A model generated the notes under the pieces. That model saw only the letters and a list, made by a program, of their open reading frames with translations, was not told the origin of the DNA and searched no databases. A program made the position numbers and the translations under genes. From NCBI GenBank assembly GCA_038256005.1, contig JBBSKW010000001.1:1-60321 (forward strand): a stretch of DNA of 60,321 nucleotides, read 5' to 3'. How positions within the stretch are numbered: position 1 is the stretch's first letter; each line of letters starts with the position of its first letter. Positions 28,266 to 38,188 of the stretch are shown here, piece after piece. The stretch is from Pyrinomonadales bacterium. Lineage in GTDB: Bacteria > Acidobacteriota > Blastocatellia > Pyrinomonadales > Pyrinomonadaceae.

Positions 28266-30506
28266 ATGGATCGAGATAAGATTTCGAACTACACTAAGCT
28301 CGTAGTCATCTTTTTCGGCGCCGTGTGTCTTTCATCTGCATTGTTCGTGCTCCCAACCCATAAACTGGATTGGGGGTACTTGCTGATTCTTGCATTTAGT
28401 GTTTTCGTTGCGCCGCGAATGAGCGTCTCGCTTCCCAAGTCGAATTTGATCCTGAGTTTTTCCGATGCGGTAGTTTTCCTGACCTTTTTACTCTATGGCG
28501 GTGAGTTAGCGATTCTGACTGCCTTTGTCGAAACGGCCGCCAATGCCATCGACCTCCGCCGACGTGGGGTCAAGCTTGCAAAGTGGTTTCTTCCGTTCAA
28601 TTCGTCGCTTGCGGTGCTTTATACGACGGCCACTTGCGGAACACTCTATCTATTTACAGGCTGGAACGGCACAGTGTTTAATTTATCCAGTACGCGAGAG
28701 CTCGCAACGGTACTCGGAGTTCTTTCCCTATCACAATTTTTTGGCTCATCGCTTTTCGCAGCGATATACCAGAAGATACGCTCCAGCGAAAGCGTCTGGA
28801 CAAATTGGAAATCACAGGGCATCTCGAGTGCATTCGCTCAATTTGCTGGCGCAGGTATTGCGGGCGTTGCATTCCGTGTGATCTCGTTCGCTGACATCAC
28901 GCTCGCAGTGATTGCGTCGGCCATCTTCGGATTTGCATACTTGAACTATCGAAAGATGATAGGCGAGATCAACTTGTCGATCGAGAACGTCGAAGAAGCC
29001 GAACGGCAGAAGGCGGAAACCGAGCGCGTGCGCCGCCGCGAGGCCGAGAAGCACGCCGGCCAGTTGCAACAGTCGCTGGTAAAAGAAGAACGTGCAAATA
29101 CGGCACTTAGAAAGAGTGAAAAAGATTTTCAACATGCCGCCTTACACGATTCGTTGACCGGACTCGCAAATAGAAAGCAGCTTAATGACATTCTCGTAAA
29201 ATTGATCGATTCGTACAAGAACGATCCTGGGACATCGTTCCAGGTTCTTTTCCTCGATATCCGCAGTTTTAAGAACATTAATGACACGCTCGGCCACACC
29301 GTTGGTGACAAGGTCCTCGCCATCGCCGCAAAGCGTTTCCAACGACTCGTTAATCCACTAGATACGGTCGCACGTATCGGTGGAGATGAGTTCGCGATCA
29401 TACTCCGAAATGTTTCCACGAGTGCCAAAGCTCATAAGGTTGCTCGTCGGCTTTACGACAGCATAAAGCAGCCGTTCAGCCTGGCGGGGCACAAGATCGC
29501 GATCGATCTAAATATTGGCATAGCTCCGTGTGACGCCGAGTACAGTACTCCCGAGGAGATCCTTCGCGATGCGGACATAGCAATGCATTTTGCTAAGGAA
29601 AAGAACGACGGGCTAGCCGTATTCACGACCGACCTCCGCTCGAGATTCCAGGAACGCGTCCGTTTTGAAATGGATCTTCGCAATGCGACCGAACGTGGCG
29701 AACTTTCGATGCATTATCAGCCGATCGTGTCACTTGACGACGCACGACTAGTTGGTTTTGAGGCTTTGATCCGTTGGTATCACCCGCATTATGGGATGAT
29801 TCCGCCAAACAAATTTATACCGATCGCTGAGCAGTCTGGTCTGATACAGCCGATCACGGTTTGGATCCTCCAGCAAACATGCGCTCAGCTTGAACAATGG
29901 CGCTCGATCGGCCCCGAGTATAACGATCTGATCGTTAGCGTTAATATCTCGGGTAAGCACCTTTCGAATAACGATCTGATCGACGATGTCGAAAATGCAT
30001 TAGCAACAACCGGCTTACCGGCTAGCTTGTTAAAACTCGAGATCACTGAAAGTTCGGCGATGGAAAATGCCGATCATACGATCACGGTCCTAAACCGGCT
30101 GAAACAATTGGGTGTGCAGCTTTCAATAGATGACTTCGGCACTGGTTATTCGAGTTTAAGTTATTTGCAGAGGCTCCCATTCGACACTCTCAAGATCGAC
30201 CGTTCGTTCGTCAATAATGTAGGCGTGAAAGGAGAGAACTCCGAAATCCTACAAACAATAATTTCGCTTGCTAAGAACCTTCGAATGCGTGTCATCGCAG
30301 AAGGCATTGAGACCGAATCACAATTGGCCGTCCTTCGGAACCTCGGCTGCGATTACGGCCAAGGTTATCTGATCGCCAAGCCGAAGTCCGTCGAAGAAAC
30401 GGAACGGCTACTTTACGCTCGACCCAACTGGCTTAGTTTCGGCATCGAAGACGTTACTTTGGATAAAAGTAACCACGTCACGGATGCTCAACTGCCGGTT
30501 TTCTAA
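28266..30506 (+). CDS. Membrane-sensor diguanylate cyclase/phosphodiesterase (multi-TM N-terminal domain, coiled coil, GGDEF, EAL)
   Basis: About 6-7 TM helices are followed by a charged coiled coil. The GGDEF motif is intact (ARIGGDEFAIIL). The EAL motifs are intact (EALIRW, DDFGTGYSSL, KIDRSF, EGIE). I prefer the ATG at 28266. Confidence 0.9.
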   Translation: MDRDKISNYTKLVVIFFGAVCLSSALFVLPTHKLDWGYLLILAFSVFVAPRMSVSLPKSNLILSFSDAVVFLTFLLYGGELAILTAFVETAANAIDLRRRGVKLAKWFLPFNSSLAVLYTTATCGTLYLFTGWNGTVFNLSSTRELATVLGVLSLSQFFGSSLFAAIYQKIRSSESVWTNWKSQGISSAFAQFAGAGIAGVAFRVISFADITLAVIASAIFGFAYLNYRKMIGEINLSIENVEEAERQKAETERVRRREAEKHAGQLQQSLVKEERANTALRKSEKDFQHAALHDSLTGLANRKQLNDILVKLIDSYKNDPGTSFQVLFLDIRSFKNINDTLGHTVGDKVLAIAAKRFQRLVNPLDTVARIGGDEFAIILRNVSTSAKAHKVARRLYDSIKQPFSLAGHKIAIDLNIGIAPCDAEYSTPEEILRDADIAMHFAKEKNDGLAVFTTDLRSRFQERVRFEMDLRNATERGELSMHYQPIVSLDDARLVGFEALIRWYHPHYGMIPPNKFIPIAEQSGLIQPITVWILQQTCAQLEQWRSIGPEYNDLIVSVNISGKHLSNNDLIDDVENALATTGLPASLLKLEITESSAMENADHTITVLNRLKQLGVQLSIDDFGTGYSSLSYLQRLPFDTLKIDRSFVNNVGVKGENSEILQTIISLAKNLRMRVIAEGIETESQLAVLRNLGCDYGQGYLIAKPKSVEETERLLYARPNWLSFGIEDVTLDKSNHVTDAQLPVF

Positions 30507-30611
30507 GTTCTCGATTACAATTCTTTACATTTGATCTGGTGCGGTTGCGCTTGGTTAACACACCGAGCCGAACTATACTCATTGAAAATCCGATGAATAT
30601 AGGAGTCCGCA

Positions 30612-32735
30612 ATGTTTAAGAGATCACTTTTTCTTCTGGTCGTAGTCTCTCTGTTTGCCGCTACCGTGCCTGCTCAAAAAGCTAACGGTTACCCAAAGGC
30701 AAGAAAGGTCGATCAGGTCGATGATTTCCACGGAATAAAAGTATCCGATCCATACCGATGGATGGAGGATACTGGTTCGGCTGACACGCAGAAATGGATC
30801 GAGGATCAGGTCAGCTACACCAACGCATACCTAGCGACTATTCCCGAGCGCGAGAAGATCAAGAACCGCTTGACCGAGATCTGGAATTACGAGCGCATCT
30901 CAGCACCTTCGAAGGTTACCGACGGTTTTTACATCTATACAAGAAACGATGGCCTTCAGAATCAGAGCGTGCTATACCGTTCGACATCGAAGGACGATCC
31001 GGGAACGATCTTTTTTGACCCGAACAAGCTATCGACCGACGGCACGGTAGCTCTCGGGGGTTCGTCGTTTACCGACGACGGCAAACTCTGGGCATATAGC
31101 GTTTCGCGTTCGGGTTCTGATCGAACTGAATGGAAGATCATGAACACCGAAACCGGTGAGCACCTTGCTGATACTCTTCCGCCGAATCGACAAGGTGGTG
31201 TTGCCTGGCTGAACGACAATTCTGGATTCTTCTATCAGCGATATCCGGCTGCCGCGGCAGGTGCGGAGCTGCGTGCCGCGAATCGTTTTCCAAAGATCTA
31301 CTTTCACAAGCTTGGAACACCGCTTTCCGAAGATGAGGTGATCTACGAGCGTCCGGAAGATGGTGAACTAACTTCAGGCGGCGGCGTGACCGAAGACGGC
31401 AAGTGGTACGTTATGTCCACATCGAAAGGAACTCAGCGGATGAACGAGATCCACTTTAAAGATCTCACAAAGCCCGATTCAACGATCGTGCCACTTGTCG
31501 CAGAACGCACAAACAGTTGGGGGTTTGTCGGTAACGACGGGCCAGTCTTCTATTTCCGCACTGACAAGGACGCCGAACGCGGTAAATTGGTAAGCGTTAA
31601 TGTTCTTGCACGAACCCGGATCTGGAACGATGTTATTCCGCAATCAGCCGAAACGCTGAACGGCGTCCAGATGATCAATAACCAGTTCGTCGCGAATTAT
31701 CTGAAGGACGCGTACACGAACATTAAGATCTATGACAAGAACGGCAAGCACGTCCGCGACGTCGCACTTCCGGGAATCGGTTCGGCTGGCGGCTTCGGCG
31801 GTAAGCAGGACGCGACCGAAACGTTTTACACATTCTCGAGCTACAACTCGCCACCGACGATCTATCATTACGATATGAAGACCGGCAAGAGCACCGTCTT
31901 CCGCAAGACGCCTGTGAAGTTCGACGGTTCGCAGTACGAAGTCAAACAGGTGTTCTATACTAGCAAGGACGGCACGAAAGTTCCGATGTTCATCACGCAT
32001 AAGAAGGGCCTCAAGCTCGATGGCACGAACCCGACGATCCTTTATGGCTACGGCGGTTTTAACATAAATCAAACGCCGGGCTTTTCGGTCACGCGTGCCG
32101 TTTGGATGGAAATGGGCGGCATCTACGCTGTTGCAAACATCCGCGGCGGTGCCGAGTACGGTAAAGAATGGTGGGCAAACGGTGCAGTCCTGAAAAAGCA
32201 GAACACCTTCGACGACTTCATCGCCGCCGGTGAATATCTGGTTGCCAACAAATACACCAGTTCGCCGAAGCTTGCCATTCAGGGCGGTTCGAACGGCGGC
32301 CTGCTTGTCGGTGCGGTTCTAAATCAGCGGCCGGATCTATTCGGTGCGGCGCTGCCTGCGGTTGGTGTGATGGACATGGTTCGGTTTACTGAATTCACCG
32401 TTGGTGCGTTCTGGAAATCCGATTACGGCGATCCGAAGAAGCGTGAGGAATTCAAAGTTCTCTACGCTTATTCACCGCTGCACAACATCAAGCCGGGAAC
32501 GAAATATCCGGCGACGATGGTCACAACGGCAGATACCGACGACCGCGTCTTCCCTGCTCACAGCTTCAAGTACGCAGCCGCGTTGCAAGAAGCACAGGGA
32601 GGCGATAAGCCAATCCTGATCCGCATCGAAACCAAAGCCGGCCACGGCGCCGGTAAACCGGTTTCGAAGCAGATACAGGAACAAGCCGATATCTACGGCT
32701 TCCTCGTCAAAAGCTTGGGTATGAAAGTCAATTAG
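30612..32735 (+). CDS. Prolyl oligopeptidase (S9A family), secreted
   Basis: 707 aa with a signal peptide. DDFHGIKVSDPYRWMED is the classic POP N-terminus. The catalytic Ser motif is GGSNGGLLVG, and the DDRV and GHG blocks are present. Confidence 0.9.
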   Translation: MFKRSLFLLVVVSLFAATVPAQKANGYPKARKVDQVDDFHGIKVSDPYRWMEDTGSADTQKWIEDQVSYTNAYLATIPEREKIKNRLTEIWNYERISAPSKVTDGFYIYTRNDGLQNQSVLYRSTSKDDPGTIFFDPNKLSTDGTVALGGSSFTDDGKLWAYSVSRSGSDRTEWKIMNTETGEHLADTLPPNRQGGVAWLNDNSGFFYQRYPAAAAGAELRAANRFPKIYFHKLGTPLSEDEVIYERPEDGELTSGGGVTEDGKWYVMSTSKGTQRMNEIHFKDLTKPDSTIVPLVAERTNSWGFVGNDGPVFYFRTDKDAERGKLVSVNVLARTRIWNDVIPQSAETLNGVQMINNQFVANYLKDAYTNIKIYDKNGKHVRDVALPGIGSAGGFGGKQDATETFYTFSSYNSPPTIYHYDMKTGKSTVFRKTPVKFDGSQYEVKQVFYTSKDGTKVPMFITHKKGLKLDGTNPTILYGYGGFNINQTPGFSVTRAVWMEMGGIYAVANIRGGAEYGKEWWANGAVLKKQNTFDDFIAAGEYLVANKYTSSPKLAIQGGSNGGLLVGAVLNQRPDLFGAALPAVGVMDMVRFTEFTVGAFWKSDYGDPKKREEFKVLYAYSPLHNIKPGTKYPATMVTTADTDDRVFPAHSFKYAAALQEAQGGDKPILIRIETKAGHGAGKPVSKQIQEQADIYGFLVKSLGMKVN

Positions 32736-32761
32736 GAAAGGCCCCACGGCATTCAAGCGAC

Positions 32762-32792
32762 GAAAGGCACTCGAAATCGGGTGCCTTTCTTT
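32762..32792 (+). terminator. Rho-independent terminator after the prolyl oligopeptidase gene
   Basis: GAAAGGCAC-10 nt-GTGCCTTTC followed by TTT. Confidence 0.55.
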
Positions 32793-33294
32793 ACGCATCA
32801 GCCATGTAGATTCGGGTCGTTCCGGCTTCCCACAACGCAGCTTCGGTAGCGATCTTGAAATAGTCGAGATCCTCGCCTCCGTAAAGTAAATTGAATCCGT
32901 CCCAAAGCGTGAAATGCCCGGTTGCACTGCCATTCTTGAACGGCACGCGGAACCCAATTATCCCACGAATACCTTGAAACTTTTTCGCATCTATTGGCTG
33001 TTTGGAATATCGTGTTGGCGGGCCATAGACCTTTTCCATATACGTCCAAAAGTCCTTCACTCGTAGGCCATACCAATTCTTGTCGCGGCCTTGGCGTGTG
33101 CGAAACTCCTCGGTCCAACGCGGGATCTTATGGTCGTTAAAATTAAGAGGCTTGCTCAGCCGGACAATGCAAGTGTCGTCAATATCCGGACTGTTTACGC
33201 TACCGCCGATCTCTTGTTTAACAGATTCAGCCGTCCGTCCTTTTCCGGGATACCACGGAACTAACAGATCGAAATCAGGTAGTACCTTTGCCAT
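32791..33294 (-). CDS. Tae4-like (papain/NlpC-P60-like) peptidoglycan amidase family protein
   Basis: 167 aa from the ATG at 33294, with GGAGGA 7 nt upstream. The track ORF starts at a TTG 15 nt further up. The Cys block DDTCIVRLSKPLN and the His block GHFTLWDG align with the catalytic C and H blocks of T6SS amidase effector 4 (NACPIRMSYVLN / GHVTLWNG). There is no signal peptide. Confidence 0.65.
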   Translation of the reverse strand: MAKVLPDFDLLVPWYPGKGRTAESVKQEIGGSVNSPDIDDTCIVRLSKPLNFNDHKIPRWTEEFRTRQGRDKNWYGLRVKDFWTYMEKVYGPPTRYSKQPIDAKKFQGIRGIIGFRVPFKNGSATGHFTLWDGFNLLYGGEDLDYFKIATEAALWEAGTTRIYMADA

Positions 33295-33375
33295 AATCAC
33301 GTCCTCCAAAGGAATCTATTGGGCAAGACGATATCACAAAAATTAATTTGCGGAGAATAAAGGGCGTTTCGATAT

Positions 33376-36192
33376 CTACCTATGAAACGCGCAGAAGTCG
33401 CGGGGTTGTTTGCCGTCTTCGAACGTTCGGGCGTCGTGGTCGGGGCAGTTTGCGGTAGCACGCAGGCCGGAGTCGCGGCAGACGATTACGGAAACTTTGC
33501 CTGACATCGCAGCCGGAGTAGGGTTTTGCGTCTTCCTGTCCGGAGCTTTATTGCTTTCAGAATCTTCCTGCCACGTCTGCTCTACCTCAGTCGATTCCGT
33601 ATCGGTTAGAGGAGTTCGTGCGGTCAGATCCTCTTCGGTCAGCAGCAGTCGATTTGGGATCGTGCCGCCGATGAATAATTCAACACGCCGAAACTCCGCC
33701 GGGACATTCGTCACAAATATCTCGGGCCGTTCGGGCGCGGTATCGACGGCCCATGCAGGATCGTCGAGTATCGGGTCAGGAGTAGGTGAAACGGTTGCAA
33801 CAGGAGTAGGTGTTGCGGATGCGGTCAAGGCCTCAGAGCCATCAAGTTCGCGAATCAATGAACCATTCCGCGTATCGATCTCAGCTTTTCTGATCCCGGC
33901 GGGCATCGACCAATCGCCGTTCCATTCCGGATGAAGATCGAGAGCGGCTTTCATAAAATCGGCCCAGATCGGCATCGCCGAATCAGAACCTTTCATTCCA
34001 AGATCGTCATTATCATCAAACCCGACGTACACGACCACAACAAGTTCAGGCGTGAAGCCGGCGAACCAACCGTCCCGCGAAGTTCCGGTCTTCCCTGCAA
34101 ATGCGGTCTTTCCCGCGACGTTTCGAAAGCCCCAAGTTTGAACCTGAGCCGCCGTTCCGCGATTGACGATGTCCTTCATGATGTCGTTCATCACGTACGC
34201 AACGTCGGGCCGGATCACCTGCTTCTTGTCCGGAGCGGGTTCCATCTTTGTCGTTCCGTCACCGGCCGTGACACGGGTGATCGGCGTCGGCAAGACTCGG
34301 TCGCCAAGATTGGCAAAAATTGTATAAGCTGTCGCAACATTTAATGGCGTTGCCTCGGCGGTTCCAAGAGACATCGAGGGATACGCCCGCTCGACCTTTG
34401 GAAAACCGGCCTTGTGCGCTAGATTCATCACCTTGCCGACGTTGACCTGCATACCGACATCGACCGCGATCGTGTTCTTGCTCTTAACGAGTGCATCACG
34501 AAGCGTTACTTCCTTATTCGAAAACGTGTCGCCGAAATTGTTCGGAGCGTAAGAATCGCGGCCGGACGTAAATATCTTTTTCTCGTCTTTCAAAACGGTC
34601 GCTGCGGTGAAGACTCGAGACGCTGTATCGTATGCCGAGTTGATCGCGGTCGCGTAAACGAACGGCTTGAACACCGAACCCGGCTGCCGCATTGCACTCG
34701 TCGCACGGTTGAATTGGTTCTCCATGTAATCTCGGCCACCGACCATCGCCACGATCTCACCGGTCTTTGGCCGCATTGCGACGAGCGACGCATTCAAGTT
34801 CCCTTTCGTCTGCTTGGGAAAATATTTGTCGAGTTTCTCTAAGCGTTTGACGACCGTTTCGTAGGCGAGCCGCTGCAGGTCAGGATCGATCGAGGTATAA
34901 ACGCGAAGATGCTGCAGAGCCTCCGGATCGCTGATGATCGAGGGAAGCGTGTCGACCACATACTGGGTAAAGTACGGCATCCCCTGAAGCTCTTTCTTGT
35001 TAGATAGCGCCTTTAACTCAAACTTGACGTTTCGTGCCCGTTCATATTCTTCGGGCGAGATCTCACCGGCTTCGAGCATCGACAGAAGCACCTGGTTTCG
35101 GCGTTCAGTAACTCTTTCGGGATTTTTGTACGGGCCGTACCGATTCGGGCTTCGAACGATCCCGGCAAGAAAAGCCGATTCGGGCAAGGTCAATTGCGAG
35201 ACGTCTTTGCCGAGATAAATGTTCGCCGCTTCGCCGACGCCGTAGATCGAAACGCCCGCCTGCTGCCCGAGATAGATCTGGTTTGCATAAAGCGTGAAAA
35301 TCTCTTGTTTGGTCAGACGCGTTTCGAGAATGATCGACATGTAGGCTTCGGTGATCTTCCGTTCCCACGTCGGCTCGCGTGTAAGAAAAAGGTTCTTCAC
35401 GAGCTGTTGTGTTATCGAAGAACCGCCTTGATTTGCCAAGACACTATTCTCGTCGCCCTCATACCGACTCCAAAGAGCTCGAGCGATACCGCGGATATTG
35501 ACGCCGTAATGTTCAAAGAAGGAACGATCTTCGGTAACGGTGATCGCCTTGATCAGATGCTGCGGCAGGTCTTGAAACGTAACGGTCTTGCGGCGGCCGT
35601 CGCCTTCAGCGGCGATCGTGCTCAAGATACGCGGTTCGAGCTTTGCGTTGTCAACCTCACGAGCGATCCGTAAGTCTGTGACTGAGGCGACCTCTTTTCC
35701 GTCCTTTGAAAACTTAACGAGCAGCGGTGGAAAGATATTCTGGCCATCGATCGTTCCGGTAATTCCCGGCTCGATATTTACGCCATCGTCGCTAACTTTG
35801 AATCTACTTCGCGAAGCATCGGCCTTGGCATTCTTATCGATGTAACCGGCAGAACGTAGGTATTCAAGTAGTTCGGGAAGTGTTAACGCCTCTCCCTTTC
35901 GGAGCGTTTTGGGTGCGGAGTAAATTCCTGCAGAAGCGGTGAACACTTCGCCGCTTAGCAATCGCCGATCAATTCGGTCGGAAAATTCTAACCAATAATA
36001 TCCGAGGGTTAGAAATGACGTGAGAGCAAAGAGGAGTGAGAAAGAAAGCGTCCAGACGTTGAAGATCTTGCCGAAAATACGACGCCAAAGCGGTGGCGGC
36101 GGTGCTTTGAAAGCGGCGACACGATTCGCCTTGACCCAGCCATTTGGAAGCCGCTTTGAGCGCTTCGTTCTTAGTTTTATTTCTTCGGACAT
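33376..36192 (-). CDS. mrcA: Class A penicillin-binding protein (PBP1A; glycosyltransferase GT51 plus transpeptidase) with a C-terminal extension
   Basis: 938 aa with an N-terminal TM anchor. The GT51 motifs are EDRSFFEHYGVNIRGIARA, GGSSITQQLVKN and RKITE. The transpeptidase motifs are SVFKP (SxxK) and KTGT. A tail of about 170 aa ends in a Cys/His motif. Confidence 0.9.
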   Translation of the reverse strand: MSEEIKLRTKRSKRLPNGWVKANRVAAFKAPPPPLWRRIFGKIFNVWTLSFSLLFALTSFLTLGYYWLEFSDRIDRRLLSGEVFTASAGIYSAPKTLRKGEALTLPELLEYLRSAGYIDKNAKADASRSRFKVSDDGVNIEPGITGTIDGQNIFPPLLVKFSKDGKEVASVTDLRIAREVDNAKLEPRILSTIAAEGDGRRKTVTFQDLPQHLIKAITVTEDRSFFEHYGVNIRGIARALWSRYEGDENSVLANQGGSSITQQLVKNLFLTREPTWERKITEAYMSIILETRLTKQEIFTLYANQIYLGQQAGVSIYGVGEAANIYLGKDVSQLTLPESAFLAGIVRSPNRYGPYKNPERVTERRNQVLLSMLEAGEISPEEYERARNVKFELKALSNKKELQGMPYFTQYVVDTLPSIISDPEALQHLRVYTSIDPDLQRLAYETVVKRLEKLDKYFPKQTKGNLNASLVAMRPKTGEIVAMVGGRDYMENQFNRATSAMRQPGSVFKPFVYATAINSAYDTASRVFTAATVLKDEKKIFTSGRDSYAPNNFGDTFSNKEVTLRDALVKSKNTIAVDVGMQVNVGKVMNLAHKAGFPKVERAYPSMSLGTAEATPLNVATAYTIFANLGDRVLPTPITRVTAGDGTTKMEPAPDKKQVIRPDVAYVMNDIMKDIVNRGTAAQVQTWGFRNVAGKTAFAGKTGTSRDGWFAGFTPELVVVVYVGFDDNDDLGMKGSDSAMPIWADFMKAALDLHPEWNGDWSMPAGIRKAEIDTRNGSLIRELDGSEALTASATPTPVATVSPTPDPILDDPAWAVDTAPERPEIFVTNVPAEFRRVELFIGGTIPNRLLLTEEDLTARTPLTDTESTEVEQTWQEDSESNKAPDRKTQNPTPAAMSGKVSVIVCRDSGLRATANCPDHDARTFEDGKQPRDFCAFHR

Positions 36193-36292
36193 TCTTTGAA
36201 GCTGTTAAGGAATAAGACAGGTTTCGGTTTCCGGCGGTTGCCCTGTAAAATTTTATAGGTTCTAAGCATCCGATGTCCAATTAATTGTACCT

Positions 36293-37135
36293 ATGAAAAC
36301 GCTCGTAACCGGCGGCAGCGGCTATTTAGGCAGGCACATAAGGCAAGCTTTTGACGCTCACGACTTTTCTCGTCGTTCAGGGCTTGATGTTTTGAGCCTG
36401 CAAGATGTGCAGATTGCGTCGGAATACGACCTGGTAATTCACCTCGCGTCACACCTTGATAAATCGCCTAACGCCGCTGAACAGGTTTTCTTGACCAACG
36501 TTGAGGGAACGATAAATTTGCTTAGACAGGTTCGCAAAGATGCTGTTTTCATCTTTGCTTCAACGAAAGACGTTTACGGCCGTTTCGCCGACAATTTTGC
36601 CGAGGTGCCCGAAACTTGCCCAACGATCTATTCGGGCCAATCAGCGCTTGAATGGTCGAAATTGATCGCGGAGAGATATGTAGAATTCTATTCGAATCAG
36701 ATCGGTTTCCGTTCGTGCATATTTCGGCTTTCGACGATTTATGCCCCGAAAACCGAGGGCAATACGCCAAGTTTTGTTGGCAACTTTGCAGATGCGATAA
36801 ACTTCGGCGAACGAATATATTTGCCGGGCGGCGGCGTTCCGCGTCGCGACATCTTGCATGTAGACGACTTTGCCGCGGCGTGTCGAGCTTTTGCCGATTC
36901 AGTAATACGACATGGCTTGTATAATCTGGGCGGCGGTCCGGGGAACGTTATTTCGCTTCGACGACTTGTGGAGAGAATGGAGGTGGTCTCAGGGCTGCAA
37001 GCAGTTATCGACGAAGAACAAACAATTCCTCCACCGGTCCCGATAAACTATGTCACCAGTTTGAAACTAGTAATGCAAGAGCTCGACTGGAAACCCGAGA
37101 TCTCGATCGACGCGGGATTAAAGACGCTGTTTTAA
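36293..37135 (+). CDS. NAD-dependent epimerase/dehydratase family protein
   Basis: 280 aa with a Rossmann motif (LVTGGSGYLGRHI). It is adjacent to LPS core genes. Confidence 0.75.
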   Translation: MKTLVTGGSGYLGRHIRQAFDAHDFSRRSGLDVLSLQDVQIASEYDLVIHLASHLDKSPNAAEQVFLTNVEGTINLLRQVRKDAVFIFASTKDVYGRFADNFAEVPETCPTIYSGQSALEWSKLIAERYVEFYSNQIGFRSCIFRLSTIYAPKTEGNTPSFVGNFADAINFGERIYLPGGGVPRRDILHVDDFAAACRAFADSVIRHGLYNLGGGPGNVISLRRLVERMEVVSGLQAVIDEEQTIPPPVPINYVTSLKLVMQELDWKPEISIDAGLKTLF

Positions 37136-38188
37136 ATGAAAATCCTAATTCGCGGGACAAATTGGATCGGTGACGCGGTGATGACAATTCCCGCAATGCG
37201 CGAGTTGAACCGCATTTTCCCCGATTCGCACCTAACACTGTGGACGCGCCCGTGGGCAGAAGGCATTTTTCGCGATGCCGATTTCGTGGACGAAATAATT
37301 ACCTTCGACAAGAAACCTCGGTGGCTAAAACCGACTTTGGCGGAGGCTGAGATGTTGAAGAAGGAAAAGTTTGATCTTGCGATCGTGTTTACCAACTCGT
37401 TCGAATCGGCATTGGTCACCAAACTTGCAAATATTCCTCGCCGAATCGGATTCAATAAGGATTTGCGTGGATTGCTGCTGACGGATCCGATCGCCGTGCC
37501 CGAATGGAAAGGCCGTGCACACGAAGTCTTTTATTATCTAGAATTGGTTAAACAAAGTGAAAGTCGCATTCTCGGCACCCAAACGGTTGGAATGGCGTCG
37601 CCGGATATTCGGCTTGATGTCAGCGAAGAACGTCTTGCGGAAGCACGAACGAAACTTGGGAAGGCAGGCGTCGATCTTTCAAGACCTCTGGTCGCGATCG
37701 GTCCGGGTTCGACGAATTCCCGAGCGAAACGGTGGCCGGCGGAACGCTTCGCTAGCCTGGCCGATCTGCTCAGTATCGATTCAAACGTTATCATCATCGG
37801 CACAGCGAATGAACAGAGTGTTGCCGCTGACGTTCGTAAACATGCCATATCAACGCCGATCGATCTGACGGGAAGGACCAATCTTGATGAAGCAACAGCA
37901 ATCCTTTGCGTAGCCGACCTTTTCGTCTCAAACGATATGGGCCTCGCTCACGTTGCTTCCGCCGTCGGCACGGAAACGATTGTGATCTTCGGCCCGACGA
38001 ATGACGTAACAACGCGGCCATATGGTGAGAATTCGACCGTGATCAGACATCAGGTCGAATGCTCGCCATGCATGCTTCGCGACTGTCCGATCGACCACCG
38101 CTGTATGATCGCCGTGTCGGTCGATAAAGTATTTGAAATTGCTACTTTACGACTGCAACCCGCATCCCCGATAATAAGCCACGAATGA
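37136..38188 (+). CDS. waaF: GT9 ADP-heptose:LPS heptosyltransferase (WaaF-like)
   Basis: 350 aa. MKILIRGTNWIGDAVMTIPAMRELNRIFP is a typical GT9 N-terminus, and GPGSTNSRAKRWP and NDMGLAHVASAVG are present. It is followed by gmhB. Confidence 0.8.
   Translation: MKILIRGTNWIGDAVMTIPAMRELNRIFPDSHLTLWTRPWAEGIFRDADFVDEIITFDKKPRWLKPTLAEAEMLKKEKFDLAIVFTNSFESALVTKLANIPRRIGFNKDLRGLLLTDPIAVPEWKGRAHEVFYYLELVKQSESRILGTQTVGMASPDIRLDVSEERLAEARTKLGKAGVDLSRPLVAIGPGSTNSRAKRWPAERFASLADLLSIDSNVIIIGTANEQSVAADVRKHAISTPIDLTGRTNLDEATAILCVADLFVSNDMGLAHVASAVGTETIVIFGPTNDVTTRPYGENSTVIRHQVECSPCMLRDCPIDHRCMIAVSVDKVFEIATLRLQPASPIISHE

Noticed and set aside
33410-35845. Multiple plus-strand ORFs of 85-174 aa
   Set aside because: All are antisense shadows of the 938-aa PBP1A gene, whose GT51 and transpeptidase motifs fix the true frame.
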